From contig PUNJ01000013.1 in the NCBI GenBank assembly GCA_003551705.1, positions 7,558 through 71,557 on the forward strand: DNA of 64,000 nt, in the 5' to 3' direction. This DNA comes from Chloroflexota bacterium. Lineage in GTDB: Bacteria; Chloroflexota; Dehalococcoidia; UBA2247; RBG-13-53-26. A program made the position numbers and the translations under genes. Below, in pieces: positions 1 through 10,026 of the stretch (position 1 is its first letter; each line of letters starts with the position of its first letter). Below the pieces are notes generated by a model that had not been told where the DNA came from, did not search any database, and saw only the letters and a list, made by a program, of their open reading frames with translations.

Positions 1-636
1 GACATCTCCGGCAAAGACAGGCGCACATCTGGGATTTGACCTGCCTGGCCAGATAATGAAGCGGTTTGACATGTGACGGTATACCCGGTCCGTAAAAAGC
101 CTGTCCCTGGGTCCGTAGATCATGGCAGGCCGGATTATTGAAGCTTTGATCTTTCCCTGGTTGTGGAATTCCAGCACGGCCTTTTCCGCCTCCAACTTCG
201 CGTAATCGTAGTAGGTATCCCGGCAGAAATGGATCGTGCAAGGAGCAGTCTCGTCAGCAGGCTTATCGTTCAGGCAGGTGTTTCCCATAACGCTGTGGCT
301 GCTAACGTGGAGGAAGCGGTCTATGCCGGCCTCAGAGGAGGCTTGCAGCATGTTCTGAGTGCCTTTGACGGTGGTGTTCTCGAATTCCTCCCATTGCCCC
401 CAACCTGGTGTGACCTTGCCTGCAGCATGGAATACGGTATCCATACCTCGCAGGGCTGGAGCCAAGGAAGAAAAGTCGGATACATCTCCGTAGACCACTT
501 CGGCACCAGTGTTCTTCAAGTGGCTGGTATCCGAACTCCTCCTGACCAGGGCGCGTACCTCATGTCCCTCTTCTTTCAAAGTCTCCACAATATACCCGCC
601 AAGCAACCCGGTGCCCCCCGTTACGAGTGCTCTCAT
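1..636 (-). CDS. NAD-dependent epimerase/dehydratase (extended SDR); C-terminal part cut off by window start
   Basis: Hand translation of the minus strand from ATG 636-634 (AGGAGG 5 nt upstream) stays open to base 1: MRALVTGGTGLLGGYIVETLKEEGHEVRALVRR...YDYAKLEAEK. It has the Rossmann TGGTGxxG motif and YxxxK. It is missing from the ORF track because it is truncated. The + ORF 163..753 is its antisense shadow. Confidence 0.75.
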   Translation of the reverse strand, partial: MRALVTGGTGLLGGYIVETLKEEGHEVRALVRRSSDTSHLKNTGAEVVYGDVSDFSSLAPALRGMDTVFHAAGKVTPGWGQWEEFENTTVKGTQNMLQASSEAGIDRFLHVSSHSVMGNTCLNDKPADETAPCTIHFCRDTYYDYAKLEAEKAVLEFHNQGKIKASIIRPAMIYGPRDRLFTDRVYRHMSNRFIIWPGRSNPRCAPVFAGDV

Positions 637-1049
637 CACTACCTCCTTAATATGACAAGTCTTCTAAGGCAAGCATCCTGTTACTCGCCAAAAAGTGCGA
701 TGGTCAAGGGAGACTCTGTGCCAAGGACTGTCCTCGAAGAGAATGGAGAGTGATACGGGTATGACTGCCGGTTGATTGCTCTGGATACCGGAATTGGTCC
801 CCAACTGGCAGTGCTGGTTTCTTTGGTTTAGAATCTTCAAGAGCATTCCCCCTATGCCCATGTGAGGAGGGTAGTATATCAACCAGGATAGATGATTGTC
901 AATGTCCGGGTGGGGTAGGCAGCTGGCAGGCAAGCCCCTGCTGCACCAGGACTTACACTAATGTGGAGGCCATCCGGTAGTTGCCAGTTGCTATGTATAG
1001 GCGGCAATGCCTATAATGAAAAATTGTTGTGATCCGGTTAGTATAAATA

Positions 1050-1126
1050 TGGTCGGGGTGAGAGGACTCGAACCTCCGACCTCAGCGTCCCGAACGCTGC
1101 GCGCTAACCAACTGCGCTACACCCCG
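1050..1126 (-). tRNA. tRNA-Pro (anticodon CGG), CCA encoded
   Basis: 77-nt cloverleaf read on the minus strand. Acceptor CGGGGTG/CACCCCG, D arm GCGC-AGTTGGTTA-GCGC, anticodon arm CAGCG-TTCGGGA-CGCTG, T arm GGAGG-TTCGAGT-CCTCT, discriminator A plus CCA. Confidence 0.9.
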
Positions 1127-1166
1127 ACACAAGAATTATATGACCTCACATAAGAGAAGACAAGAA

Positions 1167-2378
1167 ATGACCAAGTTTGCTGTTCTTGTCGGCGATGGTA
1201 TGGCCGACGACCACCTGGAGGAACTTGACGGCCGGACTCCTCTGCAGGCCGCCAGGACCTTGAATATGGATGAGATCGTCCGGGCGGGACAGTTGGGGCA
1301 GGCGAACATGGTGCCGGAGGGTTTCACTCCAGGATCGGACGTGGCCATACTCTCCATACTCGGCTATGACCCGTGCAAGTACTATTCGGGGCGTGCTCCG
1401 TTGGAAGCGGCCCAACTGGGTGTAAAACTGGGCCTTGGGGCCGTGGCCTTCCGCTGCAACCTGGTGACCGTAAATGACGGACTGATGAAAGACTACAGCG
1501 CGGGTCATATCAGTAATGAGGAAGCCAGCGAGATCATTGCTTTTCTTGACAGCGCTCTGGGTAACGAACAAGTCCGCTTTCATGCTGGTGTAGGCTATCG
1601 CCATCTCTGCGTAATTCAGGATGGAGATTTGGACCGGACACACTGCACGCCTCCACATGACATAAGCGGGCATCCCTTCAAAGAATACTTGCCCCACGGT
1701 CCCAGGGCACAGCTGTTGCTGGACCTCATGGAAAAATCGCAGCAATTGCTGGCCCAGCATCCAGTAAATAAGTCCCGCCTTGCCCGGGGCCAGAATGCTG
1801 CCAACATGATCTGGTTCTGGGGACAGGGCCGGGCGGCAACCTTTCCGTCCTTTGACAGCATTTTCGGCCTGGCTGGGGGGGTGATATCTGCCGTTGACCT
1901 GGTCAAGGGGATAGCGCTTGTTACCGGACTGAGGCCGATAACGGTAGAGGGAGCGACAGGCTATTACGATACCAATTACCTTGGCAAAGCTCAGAGAGCC
2001 CTGGAGTGCCTGGAGAGGGATGACTTTGTACTGGTCCATGTTGAAGCCCCTGATGAAGCAGGCCATAATGGGGACCTCGCGCAGAAAATCAAGGCTATTG
2101 AAAGATTCGACGAATCCGTTGTGGGGCCGGTACTTGAGGGACTGCGCCGGTATGCGGCTTACCGGGTTCTAGTTCTTCCCGATCACCCCACGCCTGTGCG
2201 CCAACGGACCCATACTGCAGGCCCGATTCCATTTGGCTGGTGTGGTGATAGCATACCACCAGATGATTTCCAGGCCTTCAATGAAAAGGGAGCGGCTGCC
2301 AGCAGCCTGCAGATAAGAAACGGCCACGAGTTGATGGGACTGTTCACCAGGTTTTGGTCCGGTAAGGAGTGTGTTTGA
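1167..2378 (+). CDS. Cofactor-independent phosphoglycerate mutase homologue, archaeal ApgM type (possibly the proposed homoserine kinase clade)
   Basis: The translation KFAVLVGDGMADDHLEELDGRTPLQAA...AFRCNLVTV...HVEAPDEAGHNGD is typical of the ApgM/metalloenzyme superfamily. ATG 1167 is preferred over 1140. Its stop at 2376-2378 lies 2 nt before the aspartokinase ATG. Confidence 0.8.
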   Translation: MTKFAVLVGDGMADDHLEELDGRTPLQAARTLNMDEIVRAGQLGQANMVPEGFTPGSDVAILSILGYDPCKYYSGRAPLEAAQLGVKLGLGAVAFRCNLVTVNDGLMKDYSAGHISNEEASEIIAFLDSALGNEQVRFHAGVGYRHLCVIQDGDLDRTHCTPPHDISGHPFKEYLPHGPRAQLLLDLMEKSQQLLAQHPVNKSRLARGQNAANMIWFWGQGRAATFPSFDSIFGLAGGVISAVDLVKGIALVTGLRPITVEGATGYYDTNYLGKAQRALECLERDDFVLVHVEAPDEAGHNGDLAQKIKAIERFDESVVGPVLEGLRRYAAYRVLVLPDHPTPVRQRTHTAGPIPFGWCGDSIPPDDFQAFNEKGAAASSLQIRNGHELMGLFTRFWSGKECV

Positions 2379-2380
2379 CC

Positions 2381-3610
2381 ATGGCCATTGTCGTACAGAA
2401 GTATGGTGGTAGTTCTGTAGGGAACCCGGACAAGATAAAGGCTATCGCCCGGCGCATAGTGGCGACCCGGGAGGCGGGCGACGATGTAGTGGTGGTCCTT
2501 TCCGCCATGGGTGATACTACTGACGACCTTATCGAGCTTGCCCATGAGTTCACTGAACGGCCGGACGAACGTGAATTGGACGTTCTCCTGTCAACGGGCG
2601 AGATCGTCTCAAGCACATGCCTTGCCATAGCGCTGCGGGCCATGGGACAGTGCGCCATCAGCTTGAATGGCGGGCAAGCCGGGATACAGACGGACGGTTG
2701 TCACAGTCGGGCTAAGATCATCAGTGTAATCCCGGAACGTGTCCTTCGCGAGTTGGAGAACGGCAACATCGTTGTGGTTGCCGGTTTTCAGGGGATTGCC
2801 GAAGATATGGATGTTACCACCCTTGGACGCGGCGGATCGGATACAACCGCTGTGGCCCTGGCCATCAGCCTGGGTGCCAGCATATGCCATATCTACACCG
2901 ATGTGAACGGCGTGTATACTGCTGATCCAAGGCTTATAACAACTGCCAGAAAACTGGACGAGATAGACTACGATGAGATGCTTGAACTGGCCACCTATGG
3001 TGCCAGGGTTTTGCATTCGCGAGCCGTGGAAATCGGCAAGTGTTATGATATGCCCATATTGGTGGCATCCAGTTTCAGCGATGCACGGGGCACTCTTATC
3101 CATGGAGGAATCAAGATGGAGTTGAGGAACAAGGTCAGGGGAATAGCCCATGATATGGATGTGGCCAAGGTAACTGTCCGCTCTGTTCCCGACCAGCCCG
3201 GCATTGCCTGTGCAATTTTCGAGCCACTGGCCGATCATGGAATCAGCGTAGATACCATAGTGCAGAACATCAGCACCGAAGGGATTACCGACCTGACTTT
3301 TACAGTCTCCCGCAACGACTTGGACCGGGCGGTGGAAATAGTCGGTCCCATCTGCCAGTCAATCGGGGCCAAGGGCCACGTAAGCTCCCTTGGTCTAGGC
3401 AAAGTCAGTATCGTTGGTACCGGAATGCAGAACACTCCGGGGTATGCAGCCCGCATGTTCAAGGCCCTATCTGATGCCGGCGTCAACATTGAACTGATCT
3501 CAACCTCCGAGATACGGATAACCTGTATCATCCGGGAAGAAAAGGTGAAGGAAGCCGTTGACGCTCTCCACCGGGCTTTCAGTCTTGGTGAGATTGACTG
3601 CGACAACTAG
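2381..3610 (+). CDS. lysC: Aspartate kinase with C-terminal ACT domains
   Basis: MAIVVQKYGGSSVGNPDKIKAIARRIV...SAMGDTTDDL...GRGGSDTTAVALA are hallmark aspartokinase motifs. AAGGAG lies upstream. Confidence 0.9.
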   Translation: MAIVVQKYGGSSVGNPDKIKAIARRIVATREAGDDVVVVLSAMGDTTDDLIELAHEFTERPDERELDVLLSTGEIVSSTCLAIALRAMGQCAISLNGGQAGIQTDGCHSRAKIISVIPERVLRELENGNIVVVAGFQGIAEDMDVTTLGRGGSDTTAVALAISLGASICHIYTDVNGVYTADPRLITTARKLDEIDYDEMLELATYGARVLHSRAVEIGKCYDMPILVASSFSDARGTLIHGGIKMELRNKVRGIAHDMDVAKVTVRSVPDQPGIACAIFEPLADHGISVDTIVQNISTEGITDLTFTVSRNDLDRAVEIVGPICQSIGAKGHVSSLGLGKVSIVGTGMQNTPGYAARMFKALSDAGVNIELISTSEIRITCIIREEKVKEAVDALHRAFSLGEIDCDN

Positions 3611-3657
3611 GCCCTCTTGCGACCCCTGATTGGGCTGGACGGAGAAATGGGAGTCCT

Positions 3658-4542
3658 ATGAATGGTATAAAGCACGTATGTATAGTAGGGATCGGCCTGA
3701 TAGGGGGCTCGATTGGTCTGGCGCTGAAAGAGTACAGCCCGGGTATTGTCGTGATCGGGCACGTGCGAAATGCTCCAGCAGGGTCCAGGGCTATCGAACT
3801 CGGTATCGTCGACATGGCTGAGCAGGAACCGGCCGCCGCCGTCAGCCAGGCGGACGTCGTATTCCTGGCTTCCCCGCCGGCAGCTATTAAGGACAACCTG
3901 CAACAAATAGCCCCATTCCTGAAGCCCGGATGTCTGGTAACCGACGTGGCCAGTACCAAGATGTCGATCATGAAGTGGGCTGAAGCGTATCTTCCGGCGG
4001 CTGTGGACTTTGTCGGAGGCCATCCCATGGCGGGTAAGGAGGTCTCGGGCATGGAAGCCGCTGAGGCGGGCCTGTTTAACGGCTGCACATATTGCCTCGT
4101 TCCGGGAAAGGATTGCAGCGATCATGGCAGCGACCTGGCAGAGGGTCTGGCCAGGGGGCTTGGAGGGCGCCCCCTATTTCTCACTGCTGAGGAACACGAT
4201 GAGGCTGTGGCCGGCATTAGTCACCTGCCTCTTGTACTGGCTTCTATCCTGGTAAGGGCCACGACGGACCATCGCAAATGGGAACTGATGTCGCAATTGG
4301 CTGCTAGCGGTTACAGGGACAGCACGCGCCTGGCCTTACAGCATCCAGCCATGAACCGCGATATTTGTTTGACCAACGGCGACATGATCAAGGTCTGGTT
4401 GGACACAATCAGCGAAGAGATCGCACGCTTTCGAGAGTTGATCGATCGGGGTGATCCGGGAGCCTTGGAACGGGCTTTTGAGGAGGCTGGCAGGGCGCGC
4501 CGCACTTGGTGGGAGGGATATGCAAAAAAGAGTCCTCGCTAG
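3658..4542 (+). CDS. tyrA: Prephenate dehydrogenase
   Basis: N-terminal Rossmann motif VCIVGIGLIGGSIGLAL, and GGHPMAG, the motif typical of TyrA. Confidence 0.85.
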   Translation: MNGIKHVCIVGIGLIGGSIGLALKEYSPGIVVIGHVRNAPAGSRAIELGIVDMAEQEPAAAVSQADVVFLASPPAAIKDNLQQIAPFLKPGCLVTDVASTKMSIMKWAEAYLPAAVDFVGGHPMAGKEVSGMEAAEAGLFNGCTYCLVPGKDCSDHGSDLAEGLARGLGGRPLFLTAEEHDEAVAGISHLPLVLASILVRATTDHRKWELMSQLAASGYRDSTRLALQHPAMNRDICLTNGDMIKVWLDTISEEIARFRELIDRGDPGALERAFEEAGRARRTWWEGYAKKSPR

Positions 4543-5821
4543 GCCGAGAATAAGGGGCATTGTCAATCCTCCTGGCGATAAGTCCATTTCGCATCGCGCG
4601 CTGATTCTCAGCGGGATCGCTGCCGGCAAAGCACGCATCAGCAATTTCTTGCCCAGCGACGACTGTGTACGCACTGCAGAGTGCATGCGAGCGCTGGGGG
4701 TAGCTGTCATGCCTGTTCCTGGCGATCTCACGACTGTGGAAGTGGTCGGTGCCGGTGCTAATGGCTTGCACGAACCGGGCAATGTCCTGGATGCTGGTAA
4801 CAGCGGGACCAGCCTGCGGTTAATGGCGGGCTTGCTGGCTGCCCAGCCTTTTCTGACCCTTATCACGGGAGACGCATCGCTCCGATCCCGCCCGATGGCG
4901 CGTGTCATAGAACCCTTGACTCTGATGGGTGCGTCCATATGGGGCAGGAAAGGCAATACGCTAGCGCCATTGGCCATTAAAGGGTCAAGATTGCATGGAA
5001 TAGACTATTCCCTTCCGGTGGCCAGTGCTCAGGTCAAGTCAGCCATACTTATTGCTTCATTGTTTGCCGATGGCCAGACTCTCCTTCGAGAGCCGGCACA
5101 ATCCAGGGACCATACTGAACGCTTGTTGAAGTGGATGGGTGCTCGGTTATCAGAGGACAACGGGGGGATCAGACTGGAGCCGACAGGAAAGCCCCTGCTG
5201 GCGCGGGACATTGTGGTCCCTGGCGATATAAGCTCTGCTGCTTACTGGATGGTATTGGGGGCAATCCATCCCGACGCGAGTATCGAGATAAAGGGCATAG
5301 GCGTAAACCCAACGAGGTCTGGCATTCTGGAAGCTTTGCGAAAAATGGGGGCAACTATTAGAATAGGGAATCGTCGTACGAGCGAAGGGAATGAACCTGT
5401 TGCGGACATCACCGTCGAATCCAGCGAAATCACCGGTGTGGAAATAGGCGGAGAACTGGTGCCCAGGTTGATTGATGAGATACCTGCACTTGCAGTAGCC
5501 GCTTGCTTTGCCAGGGGCACGACGGTTATCCGGGACGCAGGAGAACTGCGGGTGAAGGAGACGGACAGGATCAAGTACCTGGTACAGGAACTACGCAAGT
5601 TCGGCGCTCATTTGGAGGAGACGGCCGACGGCATGGTCATAGAAGGCGCCGCCGGTTTATCCGGAACTCACTGTCATAGTTATGAGGATCACAGGCTGGC
5701 CATGGCTCTGGCGGTAGCAGGTCTTATGGCTGAAGGCGAAACGCTGATAGAATCGGCTGAGGCGGTGAATGTCTCCTATCCTGCTTTCTGGCAGGACTTG
5801 GAGAGGGTCGCGGCGAGCTAG
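4520..5821 (+). CDS. aroA: 3-phosphoshikimate 1-carboxyvinyltransferase (EPSP synthase)
   Basis: PPGDKSISHRALIL, LDAGNSGTSLRLMAG and RVKETDR motifs. ATG 4520 is preceded by GGGAGGG and overlaps the tyrA end by 23 nt. Confidence 0.9.
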   Translation: MQKRVLARPRIRGIVNPPGDKSISHRALILSGIAAGKARISNFLPSDDCVRTAECMRALGVAVMPVPGDLTTVEVVGAGANGLHEPGNVLDAGNSGTSLRLMAGLLAAQPFLTLITGDASLRSRPMARVIEPLTLMGASIWGRKGNTLAPLAIKGSRLHGIDYSLPVASAQVKSAILIASLFADGQTLLREPAQSRDHTERLLKWMGARLSEDNGGIRLEPTGKPLLARDIVVPGDISSAAYWMVLGAIHPDASIEIKGIGVNPTRSGILEALRKMGATIRIGNRRTSEGNEPVADITVESSEITGVEIGGELVPRLIDEIPALAVAACFARGTTVIRDAGELRVKETDRIKYLVQELRKFGAHLEETADGMVIEGAAGLSGTHCHSYEDHRLAMALAVAGLMAEGETLIESAEAVNVSYPAFWQDLERVAAS

Positions 5822-5843
5822 GCGGACCAACGGAGGGTTTTTG

Positions 5844-6131
5844 ATGTTTACTGAATTAATACATCTTGGTTTCAGCAATATGGCAGCCATCAACAAGGCG
5901 GTTGCAGTGATATCTCCGAATTCAGCCCCGGCCAAGCGTCTGATTCAGGAGGCCAAGGGCAAAGGGCTGATCATTGACGTCACCAATGGCCGGCGCACCA
6001 AGGCCATATTGATAATGGAAAACGGCCATGTAATATTGGCAGCGATTACACCAGAAACCATAGCCGGGAGGGTGTCCGCAAGTCGCAGGCCGGAGCTAAG
6101 GGAGCAGGGTGGCAGGGAAGAAGAGTTCTAA
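5844..6131 (+). CDS. remA: RemA/DUF370 family regulatory protein
   Basis: MFTELIHLGFSNMAAINKAVAVISPNSAPAKRLIQEAKGKGLIIDVTNGRRTKAIL matches the conserved RemA pattern. GGAGGG lies 5 nt upstream of ATG 5844. The gene sits in the classical remA-gmk arrangement. Confidence 0.8.
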   Translation: MFTELIHLGFSNMAAINKAVAVISPNSAPAKRLIQEAKGKGLIIDVTNGRRTKAILIMENGHVILAAITPETIAGRVSASRRPELREQGGREEEF

Positions 6132-6759
6132 TCGTACCGGGTTGCTTGTCATAATCTCGGGGGCATCGGGTGCTGGGAAAGACGCCGTAATAAAGCGTGT
6201 TAAAGACTTTGGTCTGTCCTTTCACCATGCGGTGACAGCTACCACGCGACCTCGCCGGCCGGACGAAGTTGAGGGAAGCGACTACTATTTTATTTCCAGG
6301 GAGCAGTTCGAGCAGATGATTCAAAGGGACGAACTGCTTGAATGGGCGGAAGTCTACGGTAATCTGTACGGTGTACCTTCCAGGAAAATCATGAATGCCA
6401 TTGACCGAGGTGAGGACGTTCTCATCAGGGTCGACGTTCAGGGGGCGGAGACCATCAAGAAGTCCATCCCGGAAGCCGTACTGGTTTTCCTGTCTACGCC
6501 GTCCATCGAGGACCATCACCAGAGGCTCAAGCTCCGGCAGACGGAGTCGGATGACGACATGAACGTCCGGATGGATGCGGTAACCAGCGAGATGCGGAGT
6601 ATAGACCTTTTTGACTATCTGGTAGTCAACCGGCAGGGGGAGTTGGACACGGCTGCGATGGAAGTGATGTGCATTGTCATTGCTGAGAGGTGCCGTCTTT
6701 TTCGTAGAATCGTGAGCCTGAAAGAGTCCGGTTCGAGTTCGGTCTTTTCTGAAAGCTAG
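6109..6759 (+). CDS. gmk: Guanylate kinase
   Basis: P-loop ISGASGAGKD, TTRPRRPDEVEGSDYYF, EWAEVYGNLYG. GTG start with AAGGGAG upstream. Confidence 0.9.
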   Translation: MAGKKSSNRTGLLVIISGASGAGKDAVIKRVKDFGLSFHHAVTATTRPRRPDEVEGSDYYFISREQFEQMIQRDELLEWAEVYGNLYGVPSRKIMNAIDRGEDVLIRVDVQGAETIKKSIPEAVLVFLSTPSIEDHHQRLKLRQTESDDDMNVRMDAVTSEMRSIDLFDYLVVNRQGELDTAAMEVMCIVIAERCRLFRRIVSLKESGSSSVFSES

Positions 6760-7532
6760 GGTAGCTTCTTCTTGGCTTCTTCCCAGAGATCGTCCAGTTT
6801 CTCCATGGAAAGGCCCGAAATGTCTACATTCCTGGACCGGCACACTTCCTCCATGTAACGGAAGCGTTCATGAAACCTTTTGTTGGTCGAACGCAGGGCA
6901 TCTTCGGCTTCTATCCCGAGCCACCTTGCGGCGTTTACCAGGCTGAAGAGAACGTCACCGAATTCCCGGGTCCTTGTGCCTATATCCTCCGCTTCGCTGA
7001 GTTCGCGCAGTTCCTCACTCAGCTTGGCTAGAACTCCATCAAGGTTATTCCAGTCGAACCCTATCATGGCAGCGCGTCGTTGCATGGCTTGAGCATAGGC
7101 CAATGCAGGCATAATCTGGGGAAGTCCTGATATTGCCGACCTTCCCGGGCTCTCTTGTTGCTTAAGCGTCTCCCAGTTCAAGGCCACTTGTTCCGCATCC
7201 GCCGCCCTGGCTTCGTCAAATACGTGAGGGTGCCTGCTAACCAGTTTAGTGTTGATCTTTTGCAGAACATCTGCAAGCTCGAATTCGCCCTGGTCGGCGG
7301 CTATCTGGGCCTGGAGCACGACTTGCATCAAGAGATCGCCGAGTTCCTCGGCCAGCTTGTCGGTGTTGCCCTGGTCAATGGCCACAAGGACCTCGTAGCA
7401 CTCCTGTAGCAGGCTTGGTCTAAGCGATAGATGTGTCTGTCTTTTGTCCCAGGGGCAGCCTGAGGGGCCGCGCAGTCTTGCTATGATGTCGACGAGGGTC
7501 GAGAACAGGCGGGTATCTCCGCTATAGGCCAC
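6756..7532 (-). CDS. mazG: Nucleoside triphosphate pyrophosphohydrolase MazG
   Basis: [28 protein letters not shown] and a tandem MazG EExxE repeat. It overlaps the gyrA stop by 11 nt. Confidence 0.85.
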   Translation of the reverse strand: MAYSGDTRLFSTLVDIIARLRGPSGCPWDKRQTHLSLRPSLLQECYEVLVAIDQGNTDKLAEELGDLLMQVVLQAQIAADQGEFELADVLQKINTKLVSRHPHVFDEARAADAEQVALNWETLKQQESPGRSAISGLPQIMPALAYAQAMQRRAAMIGFDWNNLDGVLAKLSEELRELSEAEDIGTRTREFGDVLFSLVNAARWLGIEAEDALRSTNKRFHERFRYMEEVCRSRNVDISGLSMEKLDDLWEEAKKKLP

Positions 7533-9975
7533 GAATCTGCCTGGCTTCTGTGCAGGGCTCTTCTATGGGGCAAGCAATGGTCACCACTTCGTGTCCGGGG
7601 TCGACTCTCATAAGGCTCACACCTCGCGTGCTTCTGCCCTGGACAGGGATACTTTCCTTGGGGACTCTGATGATGGTACCGCTCTCTGAGATCAATATCA
7701 GTTCACCAGAAGGAGAAGTCTGTCGAACTGCTATCACCTTGCCTACTTTTTCGCCAACTCTATGGGCCAGTACGCCTCTGCCCCCTCGGTGTTGCGTGGG
7801 GAAGGCTTTTATGGGCGTCAATTTACCGTATCCCCTGCTGGTAACAGTGAGAATATAGGTAGCGGGGTATACAACCTCCATACCGATGACCCTGTCGCCG
7901 GGGTTGAGCCTGATACCTCTTACTCCCTGGCTGGTCCTGGATATGGAACGAAAATCACTTACGGTGAAACGAATGGACTTGCCTTTTTCTGTGACGAGTA
8001 TGACATCATCCTCTTCCGTGGCAAGACGGGCTGCTACCAGTTCATCATGTTCCAGCAGACCGATAGCAATGAGACCGCGGCCTCTCAAGTGAGCGTAGGT
8101 CTCTACGGGAGTCCGCTTGATTTTGCCCTGGCTTGTAGCCAGGAGCAGGAAGCTTCCTGGCTGCAGATCGGAGGTCACCGCGGTGGATATTCTCTCTTCC
8201 GGATTGAGTGCTACCAGGTTGATAAGAGGTGTGCCTTTGCCCGTACGAGCCGTGTCCAAGGGTATACGGTAACACCTGACGGGCAACACCCTCCCCTTGC
8301 TGGTAAACAACAGCAGCGTATCATGTGTGTCGGCGATAAGCATGATATGTGCCGTTTCGGCTTCTCTGGTGATCATGCCGCGTACGCCTTTGCCGCCACG
8401 ATGCTGGACCTTGTAGGCATCAAGCGGCACACGCTTAATGTAGCCCCGGCTGGTGACGGTGACGACCATGTCCTGGTGAGGAATGAGGTCCATGTCGCTG
8501 AAGTCGGTGGGCTCGTCCGTACTTATCTGGGTGCGGCGATCATCACCATGCTTGGTTATCAACTCCTCGGCCTCTTTCTTAATCAACAGCAGGATCTTGT
8601 GCGGATTGGCCAGCAGGTCTTCCAGGTATTCGATCGTCTTCAGGACATCTTCGTACTCATCCAGGATCTTCTTACGTTCCAAGGCCACCAGCCGGCGGAG
8701 TTGCAGATCTAGGATGGCCTGTGCCTGTACCTGGGACAGGCCAAGCTGGTCCATCAGTTCGTTACGTGCCTTCTCTGTTGTGGGCGATTGCCGGACAATG
8801 GCCACAACCAGGTCAAGATTATCCAGCGCTATCTTGAGCCCCTCGAGGATATGAGCCCTGTCTCTCGCCTGTGCGAGGTCGAACTGCGAACGTCTGGTTA
8901 TTACAGCCTGGCGGAAGTCGATGAAATGCTGCAGGGCTTCCTTGAGGCTGATAATCCGGGGTTGCCCGTCGACAAGGGCAATCATGTTTATGTAGAAGGT
9001 GGACTGCAGGGCTGTATACTTGAATAGACTGTTGAGCAGCGGTTCGGGATGCGTATCTTTGCGTAACTCGATTACGATACGCAGTCCTTCTCGGTCCGAC
9101 TCGTCCCTCAAATCACTGATGCCTTCCACCTTCTTGTCCTTGACCAGTCTGGCTATTCGTTCTACCAGTTCGGCTTTATTTGTCTGGTAAGGCAACTCAG
9201 TGATAACGATCTGATTTCGCCCTTTGGGCAGGTCTACGATGTCAACTTTGCCTCGTATAACAACCTTGCCACGGCCGGTCGTATATACCTTCTGCATTTC
9301 GTCCTGCCCGACGATGATGCCCCCGGTAGGGAAGTCCGGGGCGGGAACAATCTGGACAAGCTCCTGAATGGTGGCTTCCGGATTCTCTATCAAGTAACGG
9401 GTGGCCCGGCAAATCTCGTTCAGGTTATGCGGTGGAATATTGGTGGCCATGCCCACGGCGATCCCAGAACTTCCGTTCACCAGCAGGTTAGGCAACCTGC
9501 TGGGCATTACAACTGGTTCCTTCAGGGTGTCGTCGAAGTTGGGAGCGAAATCTACAGTGTTCTTATCAATGTCGGCCAGTAGCTCGTTGGCGATCTCGGC
9601 CAGTCGTGCCTCTGTGTAGCGCATTGCAGCAGGCGGATCATTATCGATGCTCCCGAAGTTGCCCTGTCCCTCAATCAGGGCATACCGCATAGAGAAGTCC
9701 TGGGCCATGCGTACCAGGGCCTCGTAGACGGGCGCGTCTCCATGGGGGTGATACTTACCGAGGACCTCACCGACTATACGGGCGCTCTTCTTGTAAGGCG
9801 TATTGTGGCGTATTCCCAGCTCGTTCATGCCGAAGAGAATACGGCGGTGAACGGGCTTCAGGCCGTCTCGCGCATCGGGAAGGGCGCGAGAGACGATTAC
9901 ACTCATGGCGTAGTCAAGGTATGATCCCCTGACTTCGTCTTCGATTTTTACGGGTCTAACGGTACCGATGGTCAA
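7522..9975 (-). CDS. gyrA: DNA gyrase subunit A
   Basis: 817 aa with [29 protein letters not shown], the active-site region AAMRYTE, and C-terminal beta-pinwheel repeats. TTG start. Confidence 0.95.
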   Translation of the reverse strand: MTIGTVRPVKIEDEVRGSYLDYAMSVIVSRALPDARDGLKPVHRRILFGMNELGIRHNTPYKKSARIVGEVLGKYHPHGDAPVYEALVRMAQDFSMRYALIEGQGNFGSIDNDPPAAMRYTEARLAEIANELLADIDKNTVDFAPNFDDTLKEPVVMPSRLPNLLVNGSSGIAVGMATNIPPHNLNEICRATRYLIENPEATIQELVQIVPAPDFPTGGIIVGQDEMQKVYTTGRGKVVIRGKVDIVDLPKGRNQIVITELPYQTNKAELVERIARLVKDKKVEGISDLRDESDREGLRIVIELRKDTHPEPLLNSLFKYTALQSTFYINMIALVDGQPRIISLKEALQHFIDFRQAVITRRSQFDLAQARDRAHILEGLKIALDNLDLVVAIVRQSPTTEKARNELMDQLGLSQVQAQAILDLQLRRLVALERKKILDEYEDVLKTIEYLEDLLANPHKILLLIKKEAEELITKHGDDRRTQISTDEPTDFSDMDLIPHQDMVVTVTSRGYIKRVPLDAYKVQHRGGKGVRGMITREAETAHIMLIADTHDTLLLFTSKGRVLPVRCYRIPLDTARTGKGTPLINLVALNPEERISTAVTSDLQPGSFLLLATSQGKIKRTPVETYAHLRGRGLIAIGLLEHDELVAARLATEEDDVILVTEKGKSIRFTVSDFRSISRTSQGVRGIRLNPGDRVIGMEVVYPATYILTVTSRGYGKLTPIKAFPTQHRGGRGVLAHRVGEKVGKVIAVRQTSPSGELILISESGTIIRVPKESIPVQGRSTRGVSLMRVDPGHEVVTIACPIEEPCTEARQIRGL

Positions 9976-10026
9976 TTCTTCTTACTTATCCAGCGTCTCC
10001 ATTGTATCCTGTGCAGGGCACAAGTT

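Noticed and set aside
163-753. 196-aa ORF on the plus strand at the window start
   Set aside because: It is the antisense shadow of a well-supported SDR gene on the minus strand (1..636), which has an RBS, a Rossmann motif and YxxxK. The translated sequence has no recognisable motifs.
1146-2066. 306-aa minus-strand ORF antisense to the ApgM-like gene
   Set aside because: It is a typical long shadow ORF in moderately GC-rich coding DNA. The opposite frame has clear family motifs.
6756-6759. gmk and mazG share overlapping stop codons in the palindrome CTAG (convergent 4-nt overlap)
   Set aside because: The overlap is real, but it is a common consequence of genome compaction. No further signal is attached to it.
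7762-8712. 316-aa plus-strand ORF inside gyrA
   Set aside because: It is antisense to an unambiguous gyrA. It has no motifs and a Gly/Arg-rich shadow composition.
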